DNA of 20,000 bases from an uncultured virus (IMG/VR IMGVR_UViG_3300028888_000112) (taxonomy: Duplodnaviria > Heunggongvirae > Uroviricota > Caudoviricetes), in the IMG/VR virus record IMGVR_UViG_3300028888_000112; one strand, given 5' to 3'. A model generated the notes under the pieces. The model was not told where the DNA came from. It saw only the letters and a list, made by a program, of their open reading frames with translations, and ran no database searches. A program made the translations under genes and the position numbers. Shown in pieces: positions 6,900 through 15,595 of the stretch; the first letter of the stretch is position 1, and each line of letters starts with the position of its first letter.

Positions 6900-8873
6900 A
6901 TGACAGAGAATCGCAGAAAGGTGCAGCTGCACAAGAAGGGTGATCAGTCGGATCAGTGGATTCCGCTTACCGTAGGTAGCTGTGTTCACCTAACGGACTA
7001 TAAAAACGATCCAAACGTAACGGGGGCTATAACAAACGCGGTGGATGCCGTAAACGAGAACGAGTACGACGACTTGAACACGGCGTTGATGAAGCTTGAG
7101 AACAGACCTGACTTTGTGGGTGCTACTTCGTCGGAGGACGGTGAGCGCGGCTTAGTGCCTGCGCCTCTTAAGGCGGACGCGGAGAAGTTCCTTAAGGGGG
7201 ACGGCACGTGGTCGACGGTTGAGGGTTCGGAGATTGGCGACGGTGAGGTTACGATCACGGTAAACGGCACGCCGTACGTGTTTACGATGAACCAAAGCGC
7301 AAATCTGCAGATAGATATTAACATTCCCCAAAACCCTGTTATCTTCCAAGGCACGGTGGATCGCACGGGCATAAACGGCACGTCAACGCCTCTTCCTGCT
7401 GCGGGTGCTACAAACAACGGGCACGAGTACAAAGTGACGGAGGACGGCACTTATCAGGGCGTGTCGGCAAAGGTAGGCGACACGCTTATAAGCAACGGGG
7501 TGGCGTGGGTTAAGATTCCGAGCGGTGACGAGCCGAGCGGTACTGTGCTGTCGGTTGCGGCGGGCACAGGCTTGCAGACAAACCTTACAAACGGCGCGCC
7601 CATAACGGAGAGCGGGGAGCTGTCGCTTGTGAGCGTTAACCTTTCGGGGGCGACTGTTGGCAACAACACAAACACGACACCGCAGTTTGGTGACACGTTT
7701 GTGATTCCCAAGTTTACGTACGACGAGTACGGCAGGGTGACGACGGTGTCGGATGTTACGATGACGCTGCCGAGTGCGCAGTCGTACTCGTTAGCACCTG
7801 CGACGACGAGCACCCTTGGTGGTGTTATTATCAGCACGGGGTTAAGCGTTCAGTCGGACGGCACGCTAACGGTAAACGCGGCGAGCAACGGCACGCTTGG
7901 TGGTGTCAAGCTTGGGTACGTAAGGCAGTCGGGGGTTGCGGCGGACGAGCGCAAGTACGCGGTTGAGGTTGACGGCAACGGCAAGGCGTACGTGGACGTG
8001 CCGTGGGTGGAGTACACGAACGCTTCTGCGGCATCGGGCGACACTACGCTGTCGCTTGTTACGACGGGCGACAAGTACGTTTGGAATAACAAGCCCGATA
8101 TAGGCAGCGGTGCGACGGATGCCGCGGCAGGCAACCATACGCACGCCGTTAGCATTGGTACGGATAGCGGTGCTACGGTGGGCATAAACCTCGCGTTTGG
8201 CTCACAGTATAAAATAACCGCAGGTGGTGAGTCGTTTGTGTTTACAACGCCGCAAGCACCAAGTGCGTACGGAAGCGGAACGGGCATAAATATAGATAGT
8301 AACAATAATATTAATGTTAAGCTTGGGTACACGACGAGCGGCAATAATAGGGCTGTTGAAGCTGACTCTAACGGCAATTTGTATGTAACGCAGACGGACA
8401 CAACGTATAGTGACTACACGCCTGCTACTTCAACAAACGGAGTGGCGGGTTTAGTTCCTGCGCCCACAACTTCCGACAAGGCTAAGTTTTTGAACGGAGG
8501 CAGTGGATGGGTTGCTTTAGCCATTGACGAAACGAAGACGGTGTCAAGCGGATTGTCGAGTTTCGCTGTAACATACGGTCACAATTACTTCGTTGGTGGC
8601 GCAGACGTGACTGCAATATCGAGCGGCAGCAATAATGCTGTCAACACTCTCACTATAACAGGTGTGAATGGCACAGACAATCCTACTGGAGCTGATTTTG
8701 AGGCAAATATATTTTTCAAAGCAGGCTCAAGTTTCACTAAACCTACATTCAGCAATAATACTCCGATGCTCATAGGCGATTTGCCGACCTTTGAGGCTGA
8801 CGGAATATATCTTATGTCCTTATACAAGGGGACTGTCATTTTCGGTACTTTGAGTTCATACACAAACGCATAA
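6900..8873 (+). CDS. Tail fibre / fibre-like virion protein
   Basis: Gly/Thr/Ser/Val-rich. Repeated fibre modules: GLVPAP....KFL.G.G.W (x2), A(T/S)..TLGGV (x2), VKLGY....AVE.D.NG..YV (x2), GTV.SV.AGTGL, GSGTGI.I. ATG at 6900 is preferred over TTG at 6879. Confidence 0.75.
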   Translation: MTENRRKVQLHKKGDQSDQWIPLTVGSCVHLTDYKNDPNVTGAITNAVDAVNENEYDDLNTALMKLENRPDFVGATSSEDGERGLVPAPLKADAEKFLKGDGTWSTVEGSEIGDGEVTITVNGTPYVFTMNQSANLQIDINIPQNPVIFQGTVDRTGINGTSTPLPAAGATNNGHEYKVTEDGTYQGVSAKVGDTLISNGVAWVKIPSGDEPSGTVLSVAAGTGLQTNLTNGAPITESGELSLVSVNLSGATVGNNTNTTPQFGDTFVIPKFTYDEYGRVTTVSDVTMTLPSAQSYSLAPATTSTLGGVIISTGLSVQSDGTLTVNAASNGTLGGVKLGYVRQSGVAADERKYAVEVDGNGKAYVDVPWVEYTNASAASGDTTLSLVTTGDKYVWNNKPDIGSGATDAAAGNHTHAVSIGTDSGATVGINLAFGSQYKITAGGESFVFTTPQAPSAYGSGTGINIDSNNNINVKLGYTTSGNNRAVEADSNGNLYVTQTDTTYSDYTPATSTNGVAGLVPAPTTSDKAKFLNGGSGWVALAIDETKTVSSGLSSFAVTYGHNYFVGGADVTAISSGSNNAVNTLTITGVNGTDNPTGADFEANIFFKAGSSFTKPTFSNNTPMLIGDLPTFEADGIYLMSLYKGTVIFGTLSSYTNA

Positions 8874-8885
8874 AAACAGCAAGGC

Positions 8886-9611
8886 GTGATTAGATTTTGG
8901 CATTGGTTGAATATTCAAGGCAAAAGTGATTGGAATGATAATAACTTCTATTACATAAAAATCATATTCAATGATTCTGTGAACATACCATACGGCTCTA
9001 TCAGTTTTTCAGACGGTTCTTCTACGAATCTAAGTAATATTCAGACTAAAGTTATAGGTAATCAAACTTATTACTACTATGAATATCCTAAGACAAAGAA
9101 AATAACAGGTTTACCTAATATGTTCTTTTATTCTTTAGACGCTTACCTTATAGAGATGACAGAACCTTTGGATTTATTCGGTTTCGAGTCAGGTAGCTGC
9201 TTCAGAATGTTCCAAGGTTTTTTTACAGTATTCTCAATACCTAACGCTACATTTGGAAGCTTGTCAGACGCCATGTCAGTACATGGTCAGGTGTTCAACT
9301 TTTTTCATACAGACACTCTTATTCTACCTAAGAATAAACTAAAGCAGAATATGGATCTCAGCAGTACAGCCTATTTTTCAAAACAGCAGATATATGATAT
9401 TGTTGATTGGTGTGCTAACGATGGAAATAGTTATTCTTTATATCTGAATATAGGAACTGATAGCTGTTACGGTAGTGATTTAGTGACAGCTAATCAAAAA
9501 GTTCAAGATGTACGCCAAAATCCAAGTAGTTACATAATATCAGATACAGAACTGTTACAAATAGACACTACACTTGCTAACAAGAATTGGACATTATATT
9601 TATATAGTTAA
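8886..9611 (+). CDS. Putative receptor-binding/fibre-tip protein A (starts MIRFWHWLN)
   Basis: GTG start 12 nt after the fibre stop; AT-rich; N-terminus shared with the next gene; C-terminal 'LANKNWTL' resembles caps of LRR-like phage proteins. Confidence 0.55.
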   Translation: MIRFWHWLNIQGKSDWNDNNFYYIKIIFNDSVNIPYGSISFSDGSSTNLSNIQTKVIGNQTYYYYEYPKTKKITGLPNMFFYSLDAYLIEMTEPLDLFGFESGSCFRMFQGFFTVFSIPNATFGSLSDAMSVHGQVFNFFHTDTLILPKNKLKQNMDLSSTAYFSKQQIYDIVDWCANDGNSYSLYLNIGTDSCYGSDLVTANQKVQDVRQNPSSYIISDTELLQIDTTLANKNWTLYLYS

Positions 9612-9648
9612 TAATAAAAAGATGATACGGTTTTGGCATTGGTTGAAT
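8895..9648 (+). repeat. 18-bp exact direct repeat TTTTGGCATTGGTTGAAT at 8895-8912 and 9631-9648
   Basis: Read directly; occupies codons 4-9 (FWHWLN) of both genes. Confidence 0.95.
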
Positions 9649-10758
9649 CAGAATAAAATAAAATTCTTTTGTGTTAGGGGTACAAGTTCTAATATAGGAG
9701 GTACTGAGACTTTTGCTATCACATATAGTGATGGCTCGTCAGGTGAGACTGTGACTGTAGACTCTAACGGCAACTGGGTTTTTTATTATAAAGACAAATC
9801 AATAACAGATATAACATATTTTGCATCATCTAATAATAATATCTTGAGTGTTGATTTTTCTGATAGTGATATTACTGACTTAAGTACATGTGCTTTTAGA
9901 TACTGCAGCAATCTGACAAGTGTTACTTTAACCGATGCTGTTGCCCATGTCGGTAAATTGGCGTTTGCTAACTGTACAGAACTATTAGAAGTTCTGATAA
10001 ATGATAAGCAAATAATACAACCTCAAATCGAAGTAAGAAGTATTGAAGAAAGCGCCTTTCAAGGCTGTACGAAATTAGAATCTTTAGAGATACCTTCATC
10101 AATCACTATCATAGAAGGTGGTGTTTTTGCTAACTGTAATATTTCTCATTTGGATATACCTAATTCAATCACAAGCATTGGAAATAATGCTTTTGGTAGA
10201 TATAAAGGTACAACATTGGTAGTCCCTAATTCAGTCGCTTCTTTTGGACAAGCCGTATTCATGCTCTGTGAGAATCTTCAAAGCGCTTCTATCCCATTTG
10301 TGGGACGTGAAAAATACAGTACTGGTGATGGAAAAAGACAATACACTTTCGGAGATATGTTTGCTGGTTTTATACAACAAGGAGATGATCCTAATAAATT
10401 TGTATCTTGTTCTTATATCTATTATGATGATTCGCAAAGCAGATACATTGAAAGCAACGGTTATTACCCTGTCTCTTTGACACACATAACAATAACAAAT
10501 CAAGAATATCTGCAACCGTATGTCTTCGGCGAATGTACCACATTGACATCTATAACATTTGACTGTCCCTTACAAAAAATAGCAGCTTTCGCGTTCCGAG
10601 ACTGCACAGGGTTGACAAGTATCACAATCCCAAGCACAGTCACCGAAATACATACCTATGCTTTTTACGGATGCACTAACCTTAGAACAATATATTATTC
10701 AGGTACAGCAACAGGCGCACCTTGGAGTGCTTCTAATGCAACTGTAATATCTACTTGA
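9622..10758 (+). CDS. BspA-type leucine-rich-repeat protein, putative adhesin B (starts MIRFWHWLN)
   Basis: Multiple AF..C..L.S(I/L).IP.S(I/V)T.I repeats (LRR_5/BspA-like) and C-terminal GAPWSASNATV. The true start is ATG 9622 by homology with the upstream gene. Confidence 0.85.
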   Translation: MIRFWHWLNQNKIKFFCVRGTSSNIGGTETFAITYSDGSSGETVTVDSNGNWVFYYKDKSITDITYFASSNNNILSVDFSDSDITDLSTCAFRYCSNLTSVTLTDAVAHVGKLAFANCTELLEVLINDKQIIQPQIEVRSIEESAFQGCTKLESLEIPSSITIIEGGVFANCNISHLDIPNSITSIGNNAFGRYKGTTLVVPNSVASFGQAVFMLCENLQSASIPFVGREKYSTGDGKRQYTFGDMFAGFIQQGDDPNKFVSCSYIYYDDSQSRYIESNGYYPVSLTHITITNQEYLQPYVFGECTTLTSITFDCPLQKIAAFAFRDCTGLTSITIPSTVTEIHTYAFYGCTNLRTIYYSGTATGAPWSASNATVIST

Positions 10759-10886
10759 ACAATGTAAAACAAACCGAAGCTAAAGTTGCGATAGACGTAA
10801 GTGAGTCGGTTCTCTCAAACCACAGATCCATTCAGCCTTATTTGTAATTATATATTAACAGTAGGAACTTTAAAACGCGTATAACT

Positions 10887-11255
10887 ATGAATTTGAATTG
10901 GCAGTCTATAACAGGGTTAATTGGTGTGATGCTTGGCGAAAGCGGATTGGGCGTATTCTTTAACCGTAAGGCGAAGAAGAAGGCTCTTGACATAGAAAAC
11001 AAGAAGAATGAGTCCGAAGTTAAGAAGGATGAGGAATCCTACACCATTAAAAATATCAAGGAGCGTTACGATGAACTTGAAATCCGTCACAACGAACTTG
11101 TAGAACGGCACAAGGCGGTTATTGCTGACAAGCAGACTTTGTTTGAGGAGACGCTTGAGCTCAAGAAGGTTATTGCCGAGAAGGATATTGAGATCAAAAA
11201 GCTAAAAACCAAAAACAAGGAGCTCTCAACCCGACTTAAAAACAAGGGTAAGTAA
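10887..11255 (+). CDS. Membrane-anchored coiled-coil protein (holin-like/lysis-module candidate)
   Basis: N-terminal Gly-rich hydrophobic segment, basic RKAKKK, then a long charged coiled coil; located after tail genes. Confidence 0.6.
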   Translation: MNLNWQSITGLIGVMLGESGLGVFFNRKAKKKALDIENKKNESEVKKDEESYTIKNIKERYDELEIRHNELVERHKAVIADKQTLFEETLELKKVIAEKDIEIKKLKTKNKELSTRLKNKGK

Positions 11256-11256
11256 T

Positions 11257-11430
11257 ATGCGAAAGACTATGGGGATATTGGTTGTTGGCATTTTAGTTGT
11301 TGCGCTGTTTGCACTTGGGTTGGAATTTTACAGCGTTACGCTGTTGCTTGGTGCTGTGTTTTACTTTTTGTGGAACGAGAATCAGGACGACAACAACGAC
11401 GACGGTTATTATAAATTTAATTTAAAATAG
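11257..11430 (+). CDS. 57-aa membrane protein with two predicted hydrophobic segments (holin candidate); not in the ORF track
   Basis: MRKTMGILVVGILVVALFALGLEFYSVTLLLGAVFYFLWNENQDDNNDDGYYKFNLK; fills the gap between neighbours exactly. Confidence 0.7.
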   Translation: MRKTMGILVVGILVVALFALGLEFYSVTLLLGAVFYFLWNENQDDNNDDGYYKFNLK

Positions 11431-11433
11431 GCT

Positions 11434-11718
11434 ATGGCTACGTTAGGTTTTACACAGGTAGGAAATAAGTACGAATCGGACGAGATGAGCGGTCTTGAGA
11501 AGGACACCGTTCTTGAGCTTAACTTCGACGCCATCCCCGAGGAGCTTGGAGTCAAGATTGATATCTATATATCGTTAAGCAAAACGGGGTGGAGTCTTGT
11601 TTTCTCGGACGTGCTGCGGCAGGGGCTGACTTGGTGTCGGTCGGTTGCGGGGGTGAGCGAGAAGGCTTACTACAAGGTTGAGACAACGGTTGAACCAACG
11701 TCGGCAAGTTATGAATAG
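11434..11718 (+). CDS. Hypothetical beta-rich protein, possibly virion-associated
   Basis: 94-aa ORF starting 3 nt after the previous stop. Confidence 0.75.
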   Translation: MATLGFTQVGNKYESDEMSGLEKDTVLELNFDAIPEELGVKIDIYISLSKTGWSLVFSDVLRQGLTWCRSVAGVSEKAYYKVETTVEPTSASYE

Positions 11719-11957
11719 GATTGGGCATGGCATAGCGGTTTTGAGCTGCGCCAACTTAAGCGTATCCAACGTCTGCGACACCACCTTGGCGGAGTCGATC
11801 CTTGCGCGGGGGTGACGAGGAGGTGGAGCGCGAGCCTGTTTACTTGTGCGACGAGAACGGCAACCACATCACAGATACGGACGGTACGTTTGTGCTTAAG
11901 GCGACGGAGTCAGGCGGTGAGGTGACGTACGCTTGGGACAGGAGACTGTTTAGTTAG
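11711..11957 (+). CDS. Probable single gene split by a +1 frameshift at a G5 run (11808-11812)
   Basis: ORF 11711-11815 (MNRIGHGIAVLSC...ILARG*) continues in the +1 frame as GDEEVEREPVYLCDENGNHITDTDGTFVLK...RRLFS* to 11957. Confidence 0.55.
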
Positions 11958-11980
11958 TTTATTATATTATTTTTTTAGCA

Positions 11981-12010
11981 AAAAGCCGACAAAAAAAGTC
12001 GGCTTTTGTT
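11981..12010. terminator. Rho-independent terminator, potentially bidirectional
   Basis: Perfect 10-bp stem AAAAGCCGAC / GTCGGCTTTT with an A7 loop, at the end of the structural block. Confidence 0.85.
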
Positions 12011-12038
12011 GTTTATAACATAACTTTTATTACTTTTG
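12008..12038 (+). promoter_or_regulatory. Bacteroidota-type promoter (GTTG-N19-TACTTTTG)
   Basis: Near-identical to 1306-1336, including the spacer; abuts the terminator. Confidence 0.8.
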
Positions 12039-12085
12039 TCATCGTCATCCGATATTGGATTGGCGAAACGTTAAAGGAAAGAGTT

Positions 12086-12382
12086 ATGGAGTTAAAGGAC
12101 TATTCTACGGAGGCTCTCAAGGCGGAGTTAAAGCGACGCGCCGAGGAGCGAAGGGCGCAGAAGGCGGAGGAGATGAAGACCGCTCTGCGGTGCAGGAACT
12201 GCAGATTCTGCAATGAGATAACAGTGCGCGAGTACGTGGTTGGCTACAAATGCATGGCGAGAACGTGGGGCAAGAATCACACGTACAATTATGCGGTAAA
12301 CCCTTCAAAAAAGGCTTGTGAGTTGTTTGAGAGGGTTGCGCTTAAGGTTACGGTGTCGGAAAGTACGGTGACGTACGTTTAG
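12086..12382 (+). CDS. Hypothetical phage protein with Cys cluster (CxxCxxC...C...C)
   Basis: N-terminal LKDYSTEALKAELKRR helix and CRNCRFC; leader AAAGGAAAGAGTTATG is the same as at 1634-1649. Confidence 0.8.
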   Translation: MELKDYSTEALKAELKRRAEERRAQKAEEMKTALRCRNCRFCNEITVREYVVGYKCMARTWGKNHTYNYAVNPSKKACELFERVALKVTVSESTVTYV

Positions 12383-12413
12383 GCAAGAGAAAGGACGCTA
12401 AATAAACACGGCT

Positions 12414-12788
12414 ATGCAAAAGGAGACTAAAATAACGCGGCGCGAGGCGCACAAATGGGTGGGGGACATCTACAACCGCAACAAGACGGTGAATTGGTTG
12501 AACGACTACGGTTGTGTGCGTGTGTCGTGGTTGATAACCCACGGTCATCTTAAGGTGTCCGCGCCTATACTAAGGTTGGGGGAGTGCAAGGACGACACCT
12601 ACTTGGAGTTTACGTGGCGCGGTAAGTGGTGGCACGATTGGTACACGTGGACGTTTAAGGAGATTTTAAAGTACAAGATCTTCCCCGTTTGGCGGCTGCG
12701 GAACGCTTGGCAGCGGTTTATGATACGGGTGTTTCACAAGCATTACGCTTGGCAGGAGTACGACGGAGTCGAGCCGCGCAATATTTAG
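12414..12788 (+). CDS. Hypothetical Trp-rich protein
   Basis: 124-aa ORF, colinear with neighbours. Confidence 0.75.
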   Translation: MQKETKITRREAHKWVGDIYNRNKTVNWLNDYGCVRVSWLITHGHLKVSAPILRLGECKDDTYLEFTWRGKWWHDWYTWTFKEILKYKIFPVWRLRNAWQRFMIRVFHKHYAWQEYDGVEPRNI

Positions 12789-12800
12789 TAATTGACAACT

Positions 12801-13055
12801 ATGGAGCTAAAATACAAAGTCGCTGATGTTGAGAAGATGATAGATACATTTAGCACACTATCAAAAGAATGTGATGACAATGAGTCAGCAAAACTGAAGA
12901 CACAAGCACAAGAGCAATTGAGTGATTATCCTGTTGATATTGTTGAAGAGTTTATGAAGTGTATCAACGATTTGGAATCCAAAAATATCATCGTTACAAA
13001 GGACAATTACCAAGGTATACTGGGTTACCTAATGATCAGGTTGAATCTTAAATAA
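12801..13055 (+). CDS. Hypothetical protein
   Basis: ATG 12801 in AACTATG context is preferred over TTG 12792; AT-rich codon usage. Confidence 0.75.
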   Translation: MELKYKVADVEKMIDTFSTLSKECDDNESAKLKTQAQEQLSDYPVDIVEEFMKCINDLESKNIIVTKDNYQGILGYLMIRLNLK

Positions 13056-13063
13056 ACACAACA

Positions 13064-13810
13064 ATGGCAGCAATTGACAAAACATATTTGAATGATTGGG
13101 AGCAGTTTGATAAGGCTCGCAATTGGGCGAAAGAAACGCGTATTCCGTTGAAAAACGGAAAGACCGTATGTATGTCCGATTTTATGTATTACCCCGACCT
13201 GACGAAACAGGAGTGGGACGAAATGCACGACGAGCGTATTAAGTACGCAAACGAGGTCTACAACACCCCCGAGCATATTGCCGAAATGCGGCAATGGTAT
13301 GGTGACGATTGGACGTTCAACGCCGAAGACTATTTTGATGTTGTGTTGTGGAACACAACCATCTGCGCCGATGTCTTCCTGATTCGCAATTGTCCGTTTG
13401 ATTTTATACACGAGCGTCTTAAAGAACAGTACGGTGAAGAAGAGTACGAACGAATCAAGAACGGAACGTCCGTATACGATACGTACCAACGTAACGGCTT
13501 AGGTAGGAACGCAAGGGTTAAGTTTAGCAAGCACGCGTTTTCATACTTGCCGAGAGACAAAAAGTGTTGGTGGTTTATCGATATTGAAGACGTAGGGTGG
13601 GCTTACAACGAGGATGACGACGCGTGGTACAACTTCTACGAACTGATGCCGTTTACGAGTAGCGCAAATGACCGTATCCGCGGAGCGTTGACAAAGAAAA
13701 ACATTGTGAATATGATTCGTCGGTGGGATTTGCCGAAAGGAATCAAAATGCGTTTTTTGTGCCAACTGAAAGGGTGTGGTAGTTGGAAATTTACGGCGAC
13801 GGTGAAATAA
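13064..13810 (+). CDS. Hypothetical phage protein (MAAIDKTY...LWNT...D.FLIRNCPF.FI..RLKEQY)
   Basis: 248-aa ORF with an A-rich leader. Confidence 0.85.
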   Translation: MAAIDKTYLNDWEQFDKARNWAKETRIPLKNGKTVCMSDFMYYPDLTKQEWDEMHDERIKYANEVYNTPEHIAEMRQWYGDDWTFNAEDYFDVVLWNTTICADVFLIRNCPFDFIHERLKEQYGEEEYERIKNGTSVYDTYQRNGLGRNARVKFSKHAFSYLPRDKKCWWFIDIEDVGWAYNEDDDAWYNFYELMPFTSSANDRIRGALTKKNIVNMIRRWDLPKGIKMRFLCQLKGCGSWKFTATVK

Positions 13811-13839
13811 ACTTAATAAACAATTAAATAATTAAAACT

Positions 13840-14040
13840 ATGACATTAGGAGAATTAATACGGCTTTATAAAGCCGAGCAAGATGGTAAACAAGTAATAA
13901 TGTATGAAAGCAGTAGTGATCATGGTTATTACGAAGTCAAATATAAAGTAAAACTTGCGGATATGGAGTTATCTGATTTTATAAGAAAAAAAGAAGGCGT
14001 TTATGTAACCTTTTATATTGAAGGAGAAAGAGAGTATTGA
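13840..14040 (+). CDS. Hypothetical protein
   Basis: 66-aa ORF with AACTATG start context. Confidence 0.7.
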   Translation: MTLGELIRLYKAEQDGKQVIMYESSSDHGYYEVKYKVKLADMELSDFIRKKEGVYVTFYIEGEREY

Positions 14041-14066
14041 TTATTGATTATTAAATATTTACAACT

Positions 14067-14261
14067 ATGAAAGTAAAGGAACTTGTAGAGAAACTGTCAA
14101 AACTCAAAGATGATACAGAAGTTAAGATAGGTTATGGTTGTAACAGAAGTGATATTAATTTCATATACACCGAAGGAAACCATATAGTGTTACATCCCAG
14201 TCTTTATGATGCCAATCCCACAGAAGAATGGATTCGCACATTAGTTAACTTTAAAAAATAA
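14067..14261 (+). CDS. Small phage protein with MKVKELVEKL..L..D.EV N-terminus
   Basis: Common small-phage-protein N-terminal pattern; AACTATG context. Confidence 0.75.
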   Translation: MKVKELVEKLSKLKDDTEVKIGYGCNRSDINFIYTEGNHIVLHPSLYDANPTEEWIRTLVNFKK

Positions 14262-14266
14262 TAATC

Positions 14267-14800
14267 ATGGAAATAGATTACAAGAAACTATATGAAGAAG
14301 CTCTTGAAAGAGCGAGGAAGTTTACGATTCCTGATGCTGTTGAGGCTCTTAAATACGTTTTTCCCGAACTTGCAGAGAGCGAAGATGAGAGGGTAAGGAA
14401 AGAACTGTTAGAGCATTGCATTAATAGAAGAGATGGAAAACAAGTCTGTGTTGATGCAGGTGATTATAGAAGATGGGCAGATTGGCTTGAAAAGCAAGGT
14501 GAAAAGTCAAATAGTGTGTACGACGAGGAATTGTCAGAAATGCTTGGTAGTATTATACGCAGATATATCAATGACCCCAACATTCCATATACCGAAAGAG
14601 AAAAGGTTTCAATGGAAATCATACCTTATGTGGAAAGGCTTGAAAAGCAAGGAGAGCAGAACAATATCGTTCAGCAGTTGACCGCCTTCGCTCAACACCT
14701 ACAAAAGCGTGGCGCTTTCCGTGACGACCTATGTATGGACTTCGAGCACGAGGCGCAGTCATTCGTTGAGTCACAAAATTACAAACAATCAATAAGGTGA
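14267..14800 (+). CDS. Array family B protein (FPELAESEDE / WLEKQGE)
   Basis: Shares motifs with 16475-17482 and 17784-18639; contains two LEKQGE copies. Confidence 0.85.
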   Translation: MEIDYKKLYEEALERARKFTIPDAVEALKYVFPELAESEDERVRKELLEHCINRRDGKQVCVDAGDYRRWADWLEKQGEKSNSVYDEELSEMLGSIIRRYINDPNIPYTEREKVSMEIIPYVERLEKQGEQNNIVQQLTAFAQHLQKRGAFRDDLCMDFEHEAQSFVESQNYKQSIR

Positions 14801-14803
14801 GAA

Positions 14804-15040
14804 ATGGAAACACAAAACGAAATTAAAGCTAAAGAATTTGCTACAACAGAAGATGGCAAAATAATAAGTTTTGCTTATATCGCTGCAATGCGAATGGCGT
14901 TGTGGAAAGACGAACAACTTATAGACAAGGTTTATGAAGCGTATTGTAAGGCGTGCGGACATTTTGCTCACACTACACCAATAGAAACTCGCAGACAATA
15001 TTGCCAACGTTATGAGGATTTCAAACAAATAATAAAATAG
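14804..15040 (+). CDS. Array family A protein (NE.KA / WKDEQ / LIDK)
   Basis: N-terminal half is highly similar to 15051-15305. Confidence 0.8.
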   Translation: METQNEIKAKEFATTEDGKIISFAYIAAMRMALWKDEQLIDKVYEAYCKACGHFAHTTPIETRRQYCQRYEDFKQIIK

Positions 15041-15050
15041 TAATACAACT

Positions 15051-15305
15051 ATGGAAACAATATCAAACGAAGAAAAAGCAATAGAATTTGCAACAAGTTA
15101 TGACGGCAAAATTATAAGTTTTGCACATCTCGCCGCATTACAGATGGGACAATGGAAAGACGAACAAATATTGTCAGACGATGATGATAAACTCGCTACC
15201 GAAGTAAAGGTTGATAGTGTTACGATAACACCACCACAGGGTTATCTAATCGGCAGGGTTACACACATTAAAGATAGTTTGATTGTGGAATTTAAAAAAC
15301 ATTGA
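15051..15305 (+). CDS. Array family A protein with an unrelated C-terminal module
   Basis: KAIEFATSYDGKIISFA..AA..M..WKDEQ, then diverges from its neighbour. Confidence 0.8.
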   Translation: METISNEEKAIEFATSYDGKIISFAHLAALQMGQWKDEQILSDDDDKLATEVKVDSVTITPPQGYLIGRVTHIKDSLIVEFKKH

Positions 15306-15308
15306 GTT

Positions 15309-15590
15309 ATGAAAACAATCACAAACGAAGAGAAAGCGAAGAATATGACCAAAGGCTTTTTAAAAGAAGGGTTGATTAAAAAAAGCCGACTGCAAGAATT
15401 GTTAATTAAAGCAATGGGTTGGAAGGATGAGCAACACGCACAAGAGAAACAACAATGGGTTGACAAGGCGGTTGATTTCATCAGTAAGCGTTTTTATATA
15501 GGAATTAACAACCATATAACATCAAAAGAAGATTATTACTCTCTTACGGAGTTAATAAGGGATTTTGAACAAACAATGAAAGGAGAATAA
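15309..15590 (+). CDS. Array family A protein
   Basis: TNEEKA...AMGWKDEQ..QEKQQWVDKAV...FEQTMKGE*. Confidence 0.8.
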   Translation: MKTITNEEKAKNMTKGFLKEGLIKKSRLQELLIKAMGWKDEQHAQEKQQWVDKAVDFISKRFYIGINNHITSKEDYYSLTELIRDFEQTMKGE

Positions 15591-15595
15591 CAACT

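Noticed and set aside
8886..10758. Invertible shufflon for fibre tips
   Set aside because: The repeats are direct, both genes are on the + strand with their own starts, and no site-specific recombinase is present.
9622..10860. Diversity-generating retroelement targeting the LRR gene
   Set aside because: No reverse transcriptase and no ~100-bp TR/VR pair differing at adenines was found in the window. A remote TR cannot be excluded.
10759..10886. ncRNA or tRNA in the gap after the LRR gene
   Set aside because: No cloverleaf, T-loop motif or convincing stem could be identified by eye.
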